Source of the DNA: Acidobacteriota bacterium | GTDB lineage: Bacteria > Acidobacteriota > UBA890 > WLXD01 | Direction: 5' to 3' | Assembly (NCBI GenBank): GCA_963666055.2 | Contig: CAXWPH010000006.1 | Coordinates: 160,001-224,000 of the forward strand | DNA: 64,000 nt | Part shown: piece by piece, positions 20,453 through 30,334 of the stretch | How positions within the stretch are numbered: the stretch's first letter is position 1 | Layout: each line of letters begins with the position of its first letter | Made by a program: the position numbers and the translations under genes | The notes under the pieces: model-generated | Databases searched by the model: none | Seen by the model: the letters and a program-made list of their open reading frames with translations, nothing else | Told to the model about the DNA's origin: nothing

Positions 20453-20457
20453 CGACG

Positions 20458-21696
20458 GTGGCCCGCCTCGAACGCTACATAGTCGGACTCGACATCGGCA
20501 CCACCAAGGTGTGCGCGGTGATCGCGGAGGCGCATCCGGACGGCGAGCTCGAGGTGGTGGGAGTAGGCCTGGCGCCCTCACGCGGCCAGAAGAAGGGCGT
20601 CGTGGTCGATATCGAGAGCACGGTCGAGTCGATCAAGGCGGCCGTCGAGGAGGCCGAGCTGATGGCCGGCGTGAGCGTCGATCGAGCCTGGGTCAGCGCC
20701 ACCGGCAGCCACATGCGCGGCTTCAACAGCCGCGGCGCTATCGGCCTCGACAGCCGCGCCCGAGAGGTGACCGAAGAGGATATCCGACGCGTTATTGACG
20801 CCGCCAGCGACCTCGATCTTCCGGGCGACCACGAGATCGTTCATCTGCTACCGCAGCAGTTCCTCGTCGATGGCCAAGACAACATCATCGATCCGCTCGG
20901 CATGTCGGCGAAACGCTTGGAGGTGAGTCTCCACTTGGTGGTGGCATCGGTGTCGGCAATACAGAACCTGGTGAACTGCGCTAATCGGGGCGGTATCGAG
21001 GTGCAGGCGGTGGTACTCGAGGCGCTGGCTGCCAACGAGGCCGTGCTGTCGCGCGACGAGCGCGAGCTCGGGGTCGCCCTCATCGACATCGGTGGTGGCA
21101 CCACCGACCTGGTTTGCTTCCAGAGCGGTGCGGTGTGCCACACGTCGGTATTTCCAGTCGGCGGCGAGAACTTCACGAACGACGTCTCGGTGGTGCTCAA
21201 GACCCCACTTCCTGAGGCGGAGAAGATCAAGGTTCGCCATGGCGTCGTGCTTCCCGACCTGGTTCCCGATGATCAGTCGGTCGAGGTACCAGGAATCGGT
21301 GGGCGTGCCTCATCGCTGGTGCCTCGAAGGCAACTTTGTGAGATCCTTAGGCTGAGAGCTGTGGAGATTCTCGACATGGTGCGCGATGACATTCGTCGCT
21401 CCGGGTTCGCAGACGTACTCCACGCCGGCATCGTGCTTACAGGCGGTGGCGGTTTGCTCGAGGGACTCGCGGAAACGGCTGAGCAGCGGTTCGGGCTGCC
21501 GGTGCGTGTAGGGGTTCCTGATGAAGTGACCGGGCTGGTCGACTTGGTGTCGGGAGCCGGCTTCTCAACCGCTGTGGGACTGGCCTTGTATGGCCATCGC
21601 AACATTGGGGTAGCGTCGCGATTCGAGGTGCGGGACCCGACGTTCATCCGTCGGGTGCGAGGTCGTTTCGCGCGCTGGCTCACCGACTTGTTCTGA
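20458..21696 (+). CDS. ftsA: Cell division protein FtsA
   Basis: GLDIGTTK, DIGGGTTD, AEKIK, VLTGGG, C-terminal amphipathic helix. Confidence 0.96.
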   Translation: MARLERYIVGLDIGTTKVCAVIAEAHPDGELEVVGVGLAPSRGQKKGVVVDIESTVESIKAAVEEAELMAGVSVDRAWVSATGSHMRGFNSRGAIGLDSRAREVTEEDIRRVIDAASDLDLPGDHEIVHLLPQQFLVDGQDNIIDPLGMSAKRLEVSLHLVVASVSAIQNLVNCANRGGIEVQAVVLEALAANEAVLSRDERELGVALIDIGGGTTDLVCFQSGAVCHTSVFPVGGENFTNDVSVVLKTPLPEAEKIKVRHGVVLPDLVPDDQSVEVPGIGGRASSLVPRRQLCEILRLRAVEILDMVRDDIRRSGFADVLHAGIVLTGGGGLLEGLAETAEQRFGLPVRVGVPDEVTGLVDLVSGAGFSTAVGLALYGHRNIGVASRFEVRDPTFIRRVRGRFARWLTDLF

Positions 21697-21740
21697 GTGA
21701 TGCGCCGCTAGCGAACTGAATCCTGGAGTTTGGGGAGGGT

Positions 21741-23006
21741 ATGGGAATGAACGACGATCGGCCGGAACAGCAGCCGGAGCTTGAGGACTCGGGCGTAGAC
21801 GATGCCCTACCAGCAGGTTCCGACTCGCTTCCCTCAGACCATCCCATGGCTCTGCTGCCAGGAGATTCGATGCGTCACAACGCGCACATCAAGGTGGTCG
21901 GCGTAGGCGGCGGCGGCGGCAACGCCATTACCCGCATGATGATGGCTGGGCTCAAGGGCGTGGAGTTCATCGCTGCCAATACCGACGTGCAGGCGCTCGA
22001 GTCGAATACGGCGCCGTCGAAATTGCAGCTCGGCACCAACCTGACGCGCGGGCTGGGAGCCGGTGCCAACCCCGAGATCGGACGGCAGGCAGCGCTCGAG
22101 GACACTGATCGTATCGTTGCCGCCCTCGAGGGAGCGGACATGGTATTCATCACCGGGGGCCTGGGCGGTGGCACCGCCACCGGCGCCTCTCCGGTGATCG
22201 CACGGTTGGCCAACGAGCTCGGCGCCCTCACCGTTGCCGTGGTGACCAAGCCGTTCAGCTTCGAGGGTCGCCGCCGGATGATGCAAGCGGACCTCGGCCT
22301 CAAAGAATTGCAGGAAGCTGTCGACACACTGATCGCGGTCCCCAACGACCGCGTGCTAGCCACCGTATCGCCTGAAACCCCGCTGATCGATGCCTTCCGC
22401 CACGCAGATCAGGTACTCCATCAGGGAGTACAAGGCATCGCTGATCTCATCCTCGTCCCCGGCCTCATCAACCTCGACTTCGCCGATGTGCGCACGGTGA
22501 TGTCCGGGATGGGCATGGCGATCATGGGCACGGCGATGCGCGACGGTGACAATCGCGCCGCCGAAGCAGCCCACGCGGCGATCCACTCGCCGTTGCTCGA
22601 GGACACCACCATCGACGGTGCCCGCGGCGTGTTGATCAATGTCTCGGGCGGTCCGAGCATGACGCTGCACGAGGTAAACGAGGCGTCGACGATCATTCAC
22701 GCGGCGGCCGACGAAGATGCCAACATACTGTTCGGCGCGGTCATCGACGAGGCGCTCGAGGGGACCATCAAGGTCACGGTAATCGCCACCGGCTTCGAGC
22801 CATGCCCGAATATGCACAATGCCGTCCTGGCACACCGCGACGCCGTCGCTCCGGCCATGCGCCCTGCGGATGCCCCCTTCTTCACATCCGAGACAGCGGA
22901 GCCGGCATCGGGTACGCCGGCCGCAGCGTACAAGGCGTTTGACCTCGAAGAGGACGACCTCGAGGTACCTGCGTTCTTGCGGCACCAAGAGACCTCGAGT
23001 AGCTAG
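21741..23006 (+). CDS. ftsZ: Cell division GTPase FtsZ
   Basis: [17 protein letters not shown] tubulin signature variant, INLDFADV, C-terminal DLEVPAFLR. Confidence 0.97.
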   Translation: MGMNDDRPEQQPELEDSGVDDALPAGSDSLPSDHPMALLPGDSMRHNAHIKVVGVGGGGGNAITRMMMAGLKGVEFIAANTDVQALESNTAPSKLQLGTNLTRGLGAGANPEIGRQAALEDTDRIVAALEGADMVFITGGLGGGTATGASPVIARLANELGALTVAVVTKPFSFEGRRRMMQADLGLKELQEAVDTLIAVPNDRVLATVSPETPLIDAFRHADQVLHQGVQGIADLILVPGLINLDFADVRTVMSGMGMAIMGTAMRDGDNRAAEAAHAAIHSPLLEDTTIDGARGVLINVSGGPSMTLHEVNEASTIIHAAADEDANILFGAVIDEALEGTIKVTVIATGFEPCPNMHNAVLAHRDAVAPAMRPADAPFFTSETAEPASGTPAAAYKAFDLEEDDLEVPAFLRHQETSSS

Positions 23007-23156
23007 CAGACATCGCCCAATCGGACCCGCAGGCATGCGGCGCGCCAGCGGACGGCTACAATAGGGCCACTCCTTGTGCGCCATCGGTCGAGCGCTACCA
23101 GGGTGCTGAAGAAACGCTGCTAGAGGCGCGGGCCGATCCGCGACCACCCACGGACG

Positions 23157-24890
23157 ATGTCCACAATGAACCTACACGAGAGCGCACGTGCGCGACTTTC
23201 GCGCGAAGTTGCGCCTCTTGCGCTGGGCAACGCCAAGCTTCGGATGGCGCTCGCCTATCCCAATTGCTATGCGGTCGGAATGGCGAACCTCGGGCTGCAC
23301 AGCGTGTACCGCCAGGCTAATGCACATCCTGACGTCCGCTGTGAGCGTGTGTTCCTGCCCGACAAGGAGGAGCTGTCCGCCTACGATCGAACCGGCACGA
23401 AGCTGTTCAGTCTCGAGTCAAGCACGCCGGTGGGCGACTTCGATGTGCTGGCGTTTTCTACTTCATTCGAGAACGACTACCCGAATATCCTCCGGATACT
23501 CGAGCTGGCTGGCATCCCGTTGCGAGCCGAAGCACGAGACGAGCGTCACCCGCTGGTGGTCATGGGCGGGGCCGCCGTGTCGATCAACCCGGAACCGGTG
23601 GCGCCGTTCCTCGACGTGTGCTGCCTCGGCGAAGGGGAGGAACTGCTGGCGCCGCTGCTCGACGCGACGCTCGAGGCACGGTCGCGGCACGAGCTGCTCG
23701 AGGAACTCGCCACCCGGCCGGGCTTCTACGTGCCGTCGTTCTACGTGCCGCGCTACGAATCTGCCGACGTGGGCGAGCCACCGCGCTTTGCCAGCCTCGA
23801 GACCCGCGCCCCGGCGAACCCTACGATCACCAAGGTTCGGGCGCGCTTCGACGGCGTCGACCGCGTTGCGTCAACCGCGATCTTCGCTCCCGATAGCGAG
23901 CTGGGAGACCGGGTGCTCGTAGAGGTAGCGCGAGGCTGTACGAAGGGCTGCCGCTACTGCTGGGTCGGCTACAGCATTCTGCCGTTCAGGGTGCATGGCG
24001 TCGATGATGTTCTGCGGGCCGTGGAGCCGTGGCGGCCATATACCGACCGGGTAGGATTGGTGGCGACGGCGTTGCTCGACCATCCGGAGATCGAGGCAAT
24101 CGCCGCGGGCTTGCGTGAGCGCGGATTCCGCGTCTTCAGTCCCAGCCTCATCATCTCGACCCTCAGTGAGCCGTTGCTGCGTGCCGTCATCGAGTCGGGG
24201 CAGCGGACGATCACGATCGCCCCCGAAGCCGGTAGCGACCGCATGCGCCGGTTGATCATGAAGAAGATCAGCAACGAAGAGATCCTCACCAAGACCCGCA
24301 TGATCTTCCAGGCGGGCGCATTGAACTTGAAGAACTACATCATCATCGGGCTTCCCGGTGAGACTGAGGATGATCTCGAGGCCATCGTCGAGCTCGGCGA
24401 GCGAATGCGCGACATCATGATCCAGGAGGGTCGTGCCCGCGGCCGCATCGGCACGATCACGATGTCGATCAACTGCCTGATTCCCAAGCCCGGAACGCCG
24501 CTGCAGTGGGCCCCGCAGATCGACAGACGTACCTACCGAGCCAAGCTCAAGTGGCTGCGCCGACGCGCCGCCGGAGTCCCCAACCTGGTCATCGACGCCA
24601 TGCCACCGCGCTCCGCCGAGATTCAGGCGGTCATGTCACGCGGTGATCGCCGCGTCGCCGAGTTGCTCGAGGAGTGGCTTCACTGTGGTGAGTGGGCCCA
24701 GGCTTTCCGCACCTGGTCCGCAACGCACGGCGTCCCGATGGAGGAGTTTCTGCGCCAACGCGACCCCCTCGAACCGATGCCATGGGGTCATCTGCGCGTT
24801 GGGCCCGGGCTTCCGGCCCTGACCAACCAGTGGCGCAAGGCAGCGGACATCGCCGCCGAAGTACCGACGTCGCTGGCGGCGACGAGCTGA
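23157..24890 (+). CDS. Radical SAM protein, TIGR03960-like with B12-binding-like N-terminal domain
   Basis: YPNCYAVGMANLG, EVARGCTKGCRYC (CxxxCxxC), TIAPEAGS, IGLPGET, PKPGTP, PWGHL. Confidence 0.85.
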   Translation: MSTMNLHESARARLSREVAPLALGNAKLRMALAYPNCYAVGMANLGLHSVYRQANAHPDVRCERVFLPDKEELSAYDRTGTKLFSLESSTPVGDFDVLAFSTSFENDYPNILRILELAGIPLRAEARDERHPLVVMGGAAVSINPEPVAPFLDVCCLGEGEELLAPLLDATLEARSRHELLEELATRPGFYVPSFYVPRYESADVGEPPRFASLETRAPANPTITKVRARFDGVDRVASTAIFAPDSELGDRVLVEVARGCTKGCRYCWVGYSILPFRVHGVDDVLRAVEPWRPYTDRVGLVATALLDHPEIEAIAAGLRERGFRVFSPSLIISTLSEPLLRAVIESGQRTITIAPEAGSDRMRRLIMKKISNEEILTKTRMIFQAGALNLKNYIIIGLPGETEDDLEAIVELGERMRDIMIQEGRARGRIGTITMSINCLIPKPGTPLQWAPQIDRRTYRAKLKWLRRRAAGVPNLVIDAMPPRSAEIQAVMSRGDRRVAELLEEWLHCGEWAQAFRTWSATHGVPMEEFLRQRDPLEPMPWGHLRVGPGLPALTNQWRKAADIAAEVPTSLAATS

Positions 24891-24892
24891 GG

Positions 24893-25612
24893 GTGGCCGC
24901 GGTTGGCGTCTTGCGCCTACCGGCGTTAGCCACTGCCCACGGCTTCGAGACGCGCCGGGGAACATTGGATGGCGATCTTCCCTCGCCTGCGGTTCGCCTG
25001 CGCCAAGTGCACGGCATGGAGGTGTTGGTAATCGACTCTGCCACCGAGCTACAGGAGTTCCAAAGCGCGACGGTCGAAGATCGTCCGTGCGGCGACGCGC
25101 TGATCACACGTCGCCGTGATGTCACGCTCGCGATCGCCACCGCCGACTGCCTGCCGGCGCTGGTGTTCGACGCGACAACCCGGTCCATCGGCGCCGCCCA
25201 CGCCGGCTGGCGCGGCGTAGCGCTCGGGGTGTTACCGGCAATGATGGGCGCGATGGTGCGCGAGTTCGGCACCGAACCGCGAGACTGTGTCGTCGCGCTG
25301 GGTCCGTGTATCGGCGCTGACGCGTATCGCGTGGGCAACGGTGTCGTGACGTCGTTTCGGGCCGCCGGATTACCGATGAGCGTATTTCGCCAGCCTCGCG
25401 ACGAAGGCACCCAGGAGGGCGCGCCGCAGCGGACGTGGCTGTGCGATCTGGTAGGTGCTGCGAGGTTCCAGTTGCAAGCGTGCGGCGTCGAGCCGTCGCG
25501 TGTACACGCCTGCGGACGTTGCACGCTCTCCGAGCCCGGCAACTTCCACTCCTATCGTCGCGACGGCGACGACGCCGGACGGATGCTGTCGGGAATCGCG
25601 CTGACGCGCTGA
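24893..25612 (+). CDS. pgeF: Peptidoglycan editing factor PgeF / YfiH-family nucleoside phosphorylase
   Basis: QVHG, DALIT, TADCLP, HAGWRG, GPCI, HSYRR, GRM. Confidence 0.9.
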   Translation: MAAVGVLRLPALATAHGFETRRGTLDGDLPSPAVRLRQVHGMEVLVIDSATELQEFQSATVEDRPCGDALITRRRDVTLAIATADCLPALVFDATTRSIGAAHAGWRGVALGVLPAMMGAMVREFGTEPRDCVVALGPCIGADAYRVGNGVVTSFRAAGLPMSVFRQPRDEGTQEGAPQRTWLCDLVGAARFQLQACGVEPSRVHACGRCTLSEPGNFHSYRRDGDDAGRMLSGIALTR

Positions 25613-25621
25613 GCGCCGTAC

Positions 25622-26026
25622 CTAACAGGCCGAGCGTGCGTCGAGCACTTCGTTGGCGAGCGAATCAGCCTCGACGTTGCTCTCGCGCCGCACGTGCTCG
25701 AGGCGGAACTTGCGGAGCGAGGCCGAAAGCTCAGATGCCTGTCGCCACAGCGGCCGGAGGGTGGGGCTCTTGACCTTGTAGCGACCCTGCATCTGGCGCA
25801 CCAAGAGCTGCGAGTCCGAGCGCACCATGAACGCCTCGACGCGGTTGTCTCGCGCCCAGCGCAGCGCCGCGATCAAGCCCTGGTACTCAGCGTAGTTGTT
25901 AGTCTGCCGGCCGAGGTACTCCCCAAGCCTCGCTACTTCAACGCCGGCAGCATCGCACACACGCACCCCATAGGCGGCGTGGCCTGGATTGCCGCGCGAG
26001 GCACCATCAATATGAGCAACAAACAT
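25622..26026 (-). CDS. rnhA: Ribonuclease HI (archaeal/actinobacterial-like)
   Basis: IDGASRGNPG, TNNYAEY, DSQLLVRQM.G.YKVK, HVRRE.N.EAD. Confidence 0.9.
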   Translation of the reverse strand: MFVAHIDGASRGNPGHAAYGVRVCDAAGVEVARLGEYLGRQTNNYAEYQGLIAALRWARDNRVEAFMVRSDSQLLVRQMQGRYKVKSPTLRPLWRQASELSASLRKFRLEHVRRESNVEADSLANEVLDARSAC

Positions 26027-26040
26027 CGGATCGCCAGCTC

Positions 26041-26793
26041 TCAGTCGTCGATTGCTACCTTGATCGACGAGGGCAGCGCCAGGGCTTCGCGTGCAAAGAG
26101 GATCCGTTGGCAGCTGTCGCACTGGACCGGAGCTTCCATATTCAACACCTCGAGCCACAGCTGCGGACGAAGGCGCACGTTACACGCCTGGCAGGTCCCA
26201 TCGGTCGCCTCCCCGATCGCCACGCCGCCACGACGTGCCTTGACGCGCTCGTAGCGCGCCTGCAAATCCGCGTCGACGGTGATCCGGAGCTCATCGGCCT
26301 CGGCGGTGAGCCTGGTGCGATCGATCTCCAAATCAGCCTGGCGCTGGTCGATACTCTCAATCTCCAATCGAGTCACGCGCTCGGTCTCCTGGAGGTCTGC
26401 CCCTCGACGCTCGATCTCCGACTCGAGCTGGTCGGCGCGCTCCATTTCCTCGAGGATCTTCGTCTCGATCCTGCTGGCCGCCTTCTGCGCCTGATTGATC
26501 TCCGCTTGTACGGCCCACAGCTGAGTATTTGTCCGCACGAGCATCTCCCGCTCGCGACACTTGTCGATCTTGCCCTCGAAGTCCTGCAACTCACCTTCTC
26601 GCAGACGGTGCGTCCTGAGGCTCTCCTCTCGCTCCGCCTCCGCCGCCGCGATGCTCGCCTTGGCTTCGGTGATGCGCAGCTCGCATTCGCTCCGCTGACC
26701 GGGCAGGCTCGCCAGCTCCTTTTCGATCTGACCGACCCGCAGCTCCGCGTCCTGCAAGCGTGTCAACCGCGTCAGCTGGTCTCGAACACTCAA
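26041..26793 (-). CDS. Coiled-coil protein with C4 zinc ribbon (HP0958/CdsZ family)
   Basis: Long coiled coil then CQAC..CDSCQRIL; commonly adjacent to RNase HI. Confidence 0.88.
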   Translation of the reverse strand: MSVRDQLTRLTRLQDAELRVGQIEKELASLPGQRSECELRITEAKASIAAAEAEREESLRTHRLREGELQDFEGKIDKCREREMLVRTNTQLWAVQAEINQAQKAASRIETKILEEMERADQLESEIERRGADLQETERVTRLEIESIDQRQADLEIDRTRLTAEADELRITVDADLQARYERVKARRGGVAIGEATDGTCQACNVRLRPQLWLEVLNMEAPVQCDSCQRILFAREALALPSSIKVAIDD

Positions 26794-26881
26794 TCGTCAG
26801 TCCGACAGAGAAGTCCAGAATCGAGACGCCGCGGCGAGCCTGGCTGCGGCGCGCGCGTATCTTAGCATCGGCAGCGTGACG

Positions 26882-28633
26882 CTAGTCTCCCGCCGGCGTC
26901 GTCTCGCGGTCGAACACCACCCGGCCGTCAAAGACCGTCATGTCCACAGCGACCTCGTGGATCTCGAGCGGCGGTATCTCGAACAGGTTCTTCTCCAGCA
27001 CCACCAGGTCGGCCAGCTTACCGACCTCGATCGAGCCACGCTCGTCCTCCTCGAACAAGAGATAGGCGCCCGAGATCGTATAGGCGGCGATGGCGTCTCC
27101 GAGCGTGATGCGCTCCTCGGGCAGCCACGACTCATCGGGCTCGCCATACGGATCGAGTCCACCCAGATAGCGGCGGGTAGCCGCGGTTTCCAGACCTTCC
27201 ACCGGAACCAGGCTAGTGACCGGCCAATCCGTGCCCCACACGAGGTTTGCACCGACGCCGATGATGGAGTTGTGCTGAAGAAGCCGCTCGCTGCGCTCGG
27301 GGCCCAGCACCCGTGCGGCGAACACCGTCTCCCAGTCGTCGCCCCTGCCCCAAAGCGGAGTCATGTTGGCGGTTACGCCCAGGGTACGCAGGCGCGGCAT
27401 GTCCTCCGGGTCGAGCAGTTGCAAATGCGCCAGATGGTGGCGGCCGCTGCCGGTACCGTTGATCCGCTGAGCCTGTTCGATCGCGTTCAACGACTCGCGC
27501 GCGGAGCGATCAGCGATGGCGTGGATATGGACCTGGAAACCCTCGGCATCGAGCCGGGTAACGACCCTGCGCAGACGCTCCGGCTGCACGAACATGGGGC
27601 CACGATACTCATCGTCTCGATCGACAAAGGGTTCCAGCACCGCGGCCGTGTGGTGCTCGATGATGCCGTCCAGCCCGATCTTCACGCAGGTGGCGCGTAG
27701 CTGGCCGTCGCCGAGCGCTGTGCGGCGAGCGATGAAATGACGGATCTGCTCCTCGTCGTCGCGCTGCGGGCTGTAGCGCTGACAGGCTACGGCGCGGACC
27801 GTCAGCTCGCCGGCAGCCTCGAGTTCGGCAAACTCAGCCTCGCTCGCCGCCGATGAGGACGCGTCGACGATCGCGGTGATCCCCAGCCTGGCCATCTCCC
27901 GCAATGCCGCTCGGCGCGCCTCGATACGGAACGCGTGCGTGCTTGGCGGGATGTGCTGCCGCACCAGGCTCTGCGCCGCTTCCTGAAGAATCCCGCTGGG
28001 CTCACCGTCGTTATCGTGATCAATGCGACCATTGGGTGGATCTGGGGTGTCGGCGGTGATCCCGGCGATCTCCAGCGCCCTCGAGTTCGCCCACCCCTGG
28101 TGGCCCGAGGCATTGGTCATCAACGCCGGACGATCACGCACGACCTCGTCGAGCATCTGGCGCGTCGGCACCCCCGAGGGCTTGAACGCCGCCTCGAGCC
28201 AACCGCCGCCGAGGATCCACGGTCGGTGCGGATTCGCATCCGCGTATTCCTGGATGGTCCGCAGCACCTCGGCACTATAGACAATATTGTCGAGGCGCGC
28301 GAGGTCGAGGCTCTGACCGCTCGGGTGCACATGCGAGTCCTGGAAGCCGGGCATGAGCATGCGTCCATCCAGGTCGACGACTCGGGTATCGGCACCTAGG
28401 AACGCCTCGGCTCCGGCATCGGGACCGACATAGACGATACGGTTGCCGGCCACGGCGACGGCGCGCGCCCAGGTGCGCGCGGCGTCAACCGTGTATACGT
28501 CGCCGTTGCGAAAGACGAGGTCGGCCGGCCTCGTTGCTTGGAGACGCACTCGGTCCTCGCCACCGTCGGCAGCGACCAGACCAGCCATAACGGTCACGAC
28601 AGCCACGACGACTACCAACGAGCGACGCACCAT
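26882..28633 (-). CDS. Secreted YtcJ-like amidohydrolase (Amidohydro_3)
   Basis: Signal peptide, PGFQDSHVH, KIGLDG, HAIAD, GTDWP, GSIEVGKLADLVVL. Confidence 0.9.
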   Translation of the reverse strand: MVRRSLVVVVAVVTVMAGLVAADGGEDRVRLQATRPADLVFRNGDVYTVDAARTWARAVAVAGNRIVYVGPDAGAEAFLGADTRVVDLDGRMLMPGFQDSHVHPSGQSLDLARLDNIVYSAEVLRTIQEYADANPHRPWILGGGWLEAAFKPSGVPTRQMLDEVVRDRPALMTNASGHQGWANSRALEIAGITADTPDPPNGRIDHDNDGEPSGILQEAAQSLVRQHIPPSTHAFRIEARRAALREMARLGITAIVDASSSAASEAEFAELEAAGELTVRAVACQRYSPQRDDEEQIRHFIARRTALGDGQLRATCVKIGLDGIIEHHTAAVLEPFVDRDDEYRGPMFVQPERLRRVVTRLDAEGFQVHIHAIADRSARESLNAIEQAQRINGTGSGRHHLAHLQLLDPEDMPRLRTLGVTANMTPLWGRGDDWETVFAARVLGPERSERLLQHNSIIGVGANLVWGTDWPVTSLVPVEGLETAATRRYLGGLDPYGEPDESWLPEERITLGDAIAAYTISGAYLLFEEDERGSIEVGKLADLVVLEKNLFEIPPLEIHEVAVDMTVFDGRVVFDRETTPAGD

Positions 28634-28707
28634 CGAGCTTCTCCCTCCCCTGTACCCTATCTTGTCCCTGTGGTCAGTCTGCCGGCAGAGCTCGGTGTGC
28701 CGAGATC

Positions 28708-30324
28708 TTACTCGGGTCGGATCTCGTCCAGGTCGGCGGTCATCAGCACGCCGGCGAGCTGCGTCATGGTGTGCGCCTGATCCTCAAACAGGTCTTTGTT
28801 CCAGCGCTCGATGCCAGAGGCTGTCGTCCAGTAGAGACCCAGGAACCCGCCGAGGCCGTAGCCGGGCAGATCGAGGCTGTGCCAAGAGTCGGGCAGAGCC
28901 CTGGAGCCGACGCCCCACCACACCTGCTGGATGCCGCCGTTGATGCCAGGGCGCTCAGGCACCGCCACCTGCACGCGTTCCCAGCCGTGCTCTTTGGCAG
29001 CGGCTACCGCCGCGTCGATGAGCACCTGGTTGTTGCGCGACCACAGATACGACTGCTCCGCCAACCCCACCGGCTCCACGACGCCGTCGACCTCGCGATA
29101 GTCGTTCTCGCCCATGTGCTCGGCCTGGATCATCGCTACCAGAGGCTCCCTCGCCTGCGGATTTCGCGTCAGCCAGCTCACCTCGTATGAAGCTCGCTCC
29201 GCCCCTGGATAGTAATGTCGGCTGTCGAGGAAGACGGTGAGGGTTCGCGGCCGGTGCTCCTGCGGGATGTGGGAGAAGTACTTGACGATTGCCAGTAACC
29301 CGAGCGCACCGTTGTCCTGAGTGACCGACGGGCCGTCGGTGTGGTTGATCAGCAGAATCTGCTCGTCGACGGGCGTGCCGTAGTCGCGGCCGGGCAGATA
29401 GGAGATCGTCTGGTATGCTTCCGTCTCCTCGATCGTAGCCTCCAATCGCAGCGTCGCAGTCTTGCCCGCCTTGGCGTCTTCGAGCACCTTGGCGCCGTCC
29501 TCACGGCTCAGGATCACACCTGGGGACTCGTGCAGCGGCGGCACGCCAAACGTGTACAGCCCCTCGGTGCGCTCGTAGGCCATGTCGTAGACGATCACGT
29601 GGCCAGCGGCGTTTCCCTCCACGGCGATCTGCCACAGGCCCTGCCGCAGCTGCCACCAGATGTCGAACGTGATACTGAATTCCGGCGGCACGAACTCGAA
29701 CAGCTCCCAGTAGGTGTCGTCGTTGGCACGCCACTCGTAGTCGTTGAACGTGAAGTCCCTGATGTAGTCATCGTCGTATGGTGGCTCCGGATGCGGCCGC
29801 GTCGGCATCACCACGATCTTTCCCTCTATCGAATCGGGCGGGTTGTCGTGGTCGTAGTAGATCATCTCGGCAGTAATGCCCTCGGGCCCCGTGTTGCCGG
29901 AGTTCGCAGCGTAGTGAGCCACGCGCACGGGGTCGCCGTCGGAGACCAGCGACCAGTTCGTATTGCCAGCCGAGGTGTGCCAGCGATCGTACATCCAACT
30001 ATTTCGATGCATGTCGACGACGCCGTAGTCGAGCAGCTTCTCCTCGAGGAACCCCACGTAGTTGTTCCACTCCGGGCTACCGTTCATCGCTGGCAGGTTG
30101 GCGGACTTCACCAGGGCCCACTCGTAGCCCTCGTCGGCAGTCACCGCCCAGGCCGGATCAACGTTGGTGAACTTGTCGGCGTAAGGGTTGTCGGCGGCGG
30201 CGGCGCAGCCCACCGCAAGCGCCGACAGAGCGATGACGATCATCTGCGCTCGTGCGCGTGTGCTCGCGAGTTCCATTCGAGTCGGTGAGCTCGAGGTCCG
30301 CAGCTGCGAGTAAGGCTCGAACAT
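28708..30324 (-). CDS. Lipoprotein with M28 peptidase-like fold and PA-like insert, copy A (start may be later)
   Basis: Lipobox AVGC; INHTDG, QDNGALGLL, DSRHY, EHMG. Confidence 0.7.
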   Translation of the reverse strand: MFEPYSQLRTSSSPTRMELASTRARAQMIVIALSALAVGCAAAADNPYADKFTNVDPAWAVTADEGYEWALVKSANLPAMNGSPEWNNYVGFLEEKLLDYGVVDMHRNSWMYDRWHTSAGNTNWSLVSDGDPVRVAHYAANSGNTGPEGITAEMIYYDHDNPPDSIEGKIVVMPTRPHPEPPYDDDYIRDFTFNDYEWRANDDTYWELFEFVPPEFSITFDIWWQLRQGLWQIAVEGNAAGHVIVYDMAYERTEGLYTFGVPPLHESPGVILSREDGAKVLEDAKAGKTATLRLEATIEETEAYQTISYLPGRDYGTPVDEQILLINHTDGPSVTQDNGALGLLAIVKYFSHIPQEHRPRTLTVFLDSRHYYPGAERASYEVSWLTRNPQAREPLVAMIQAEHMGENDYREVDGVVEPVGLAEQSYLWSRNNQVLIDAAVAAAKEHGWERVQVAVPERPGINGGIQQVWWGVGSRALPDSWHSLDLPGYGLGGFLGLYWTTASGIERWNKDLFEDQAHTMTQLAGVLMTADLDEIRPE

Positions 30325-30334
30325 CCTCTGCCTC

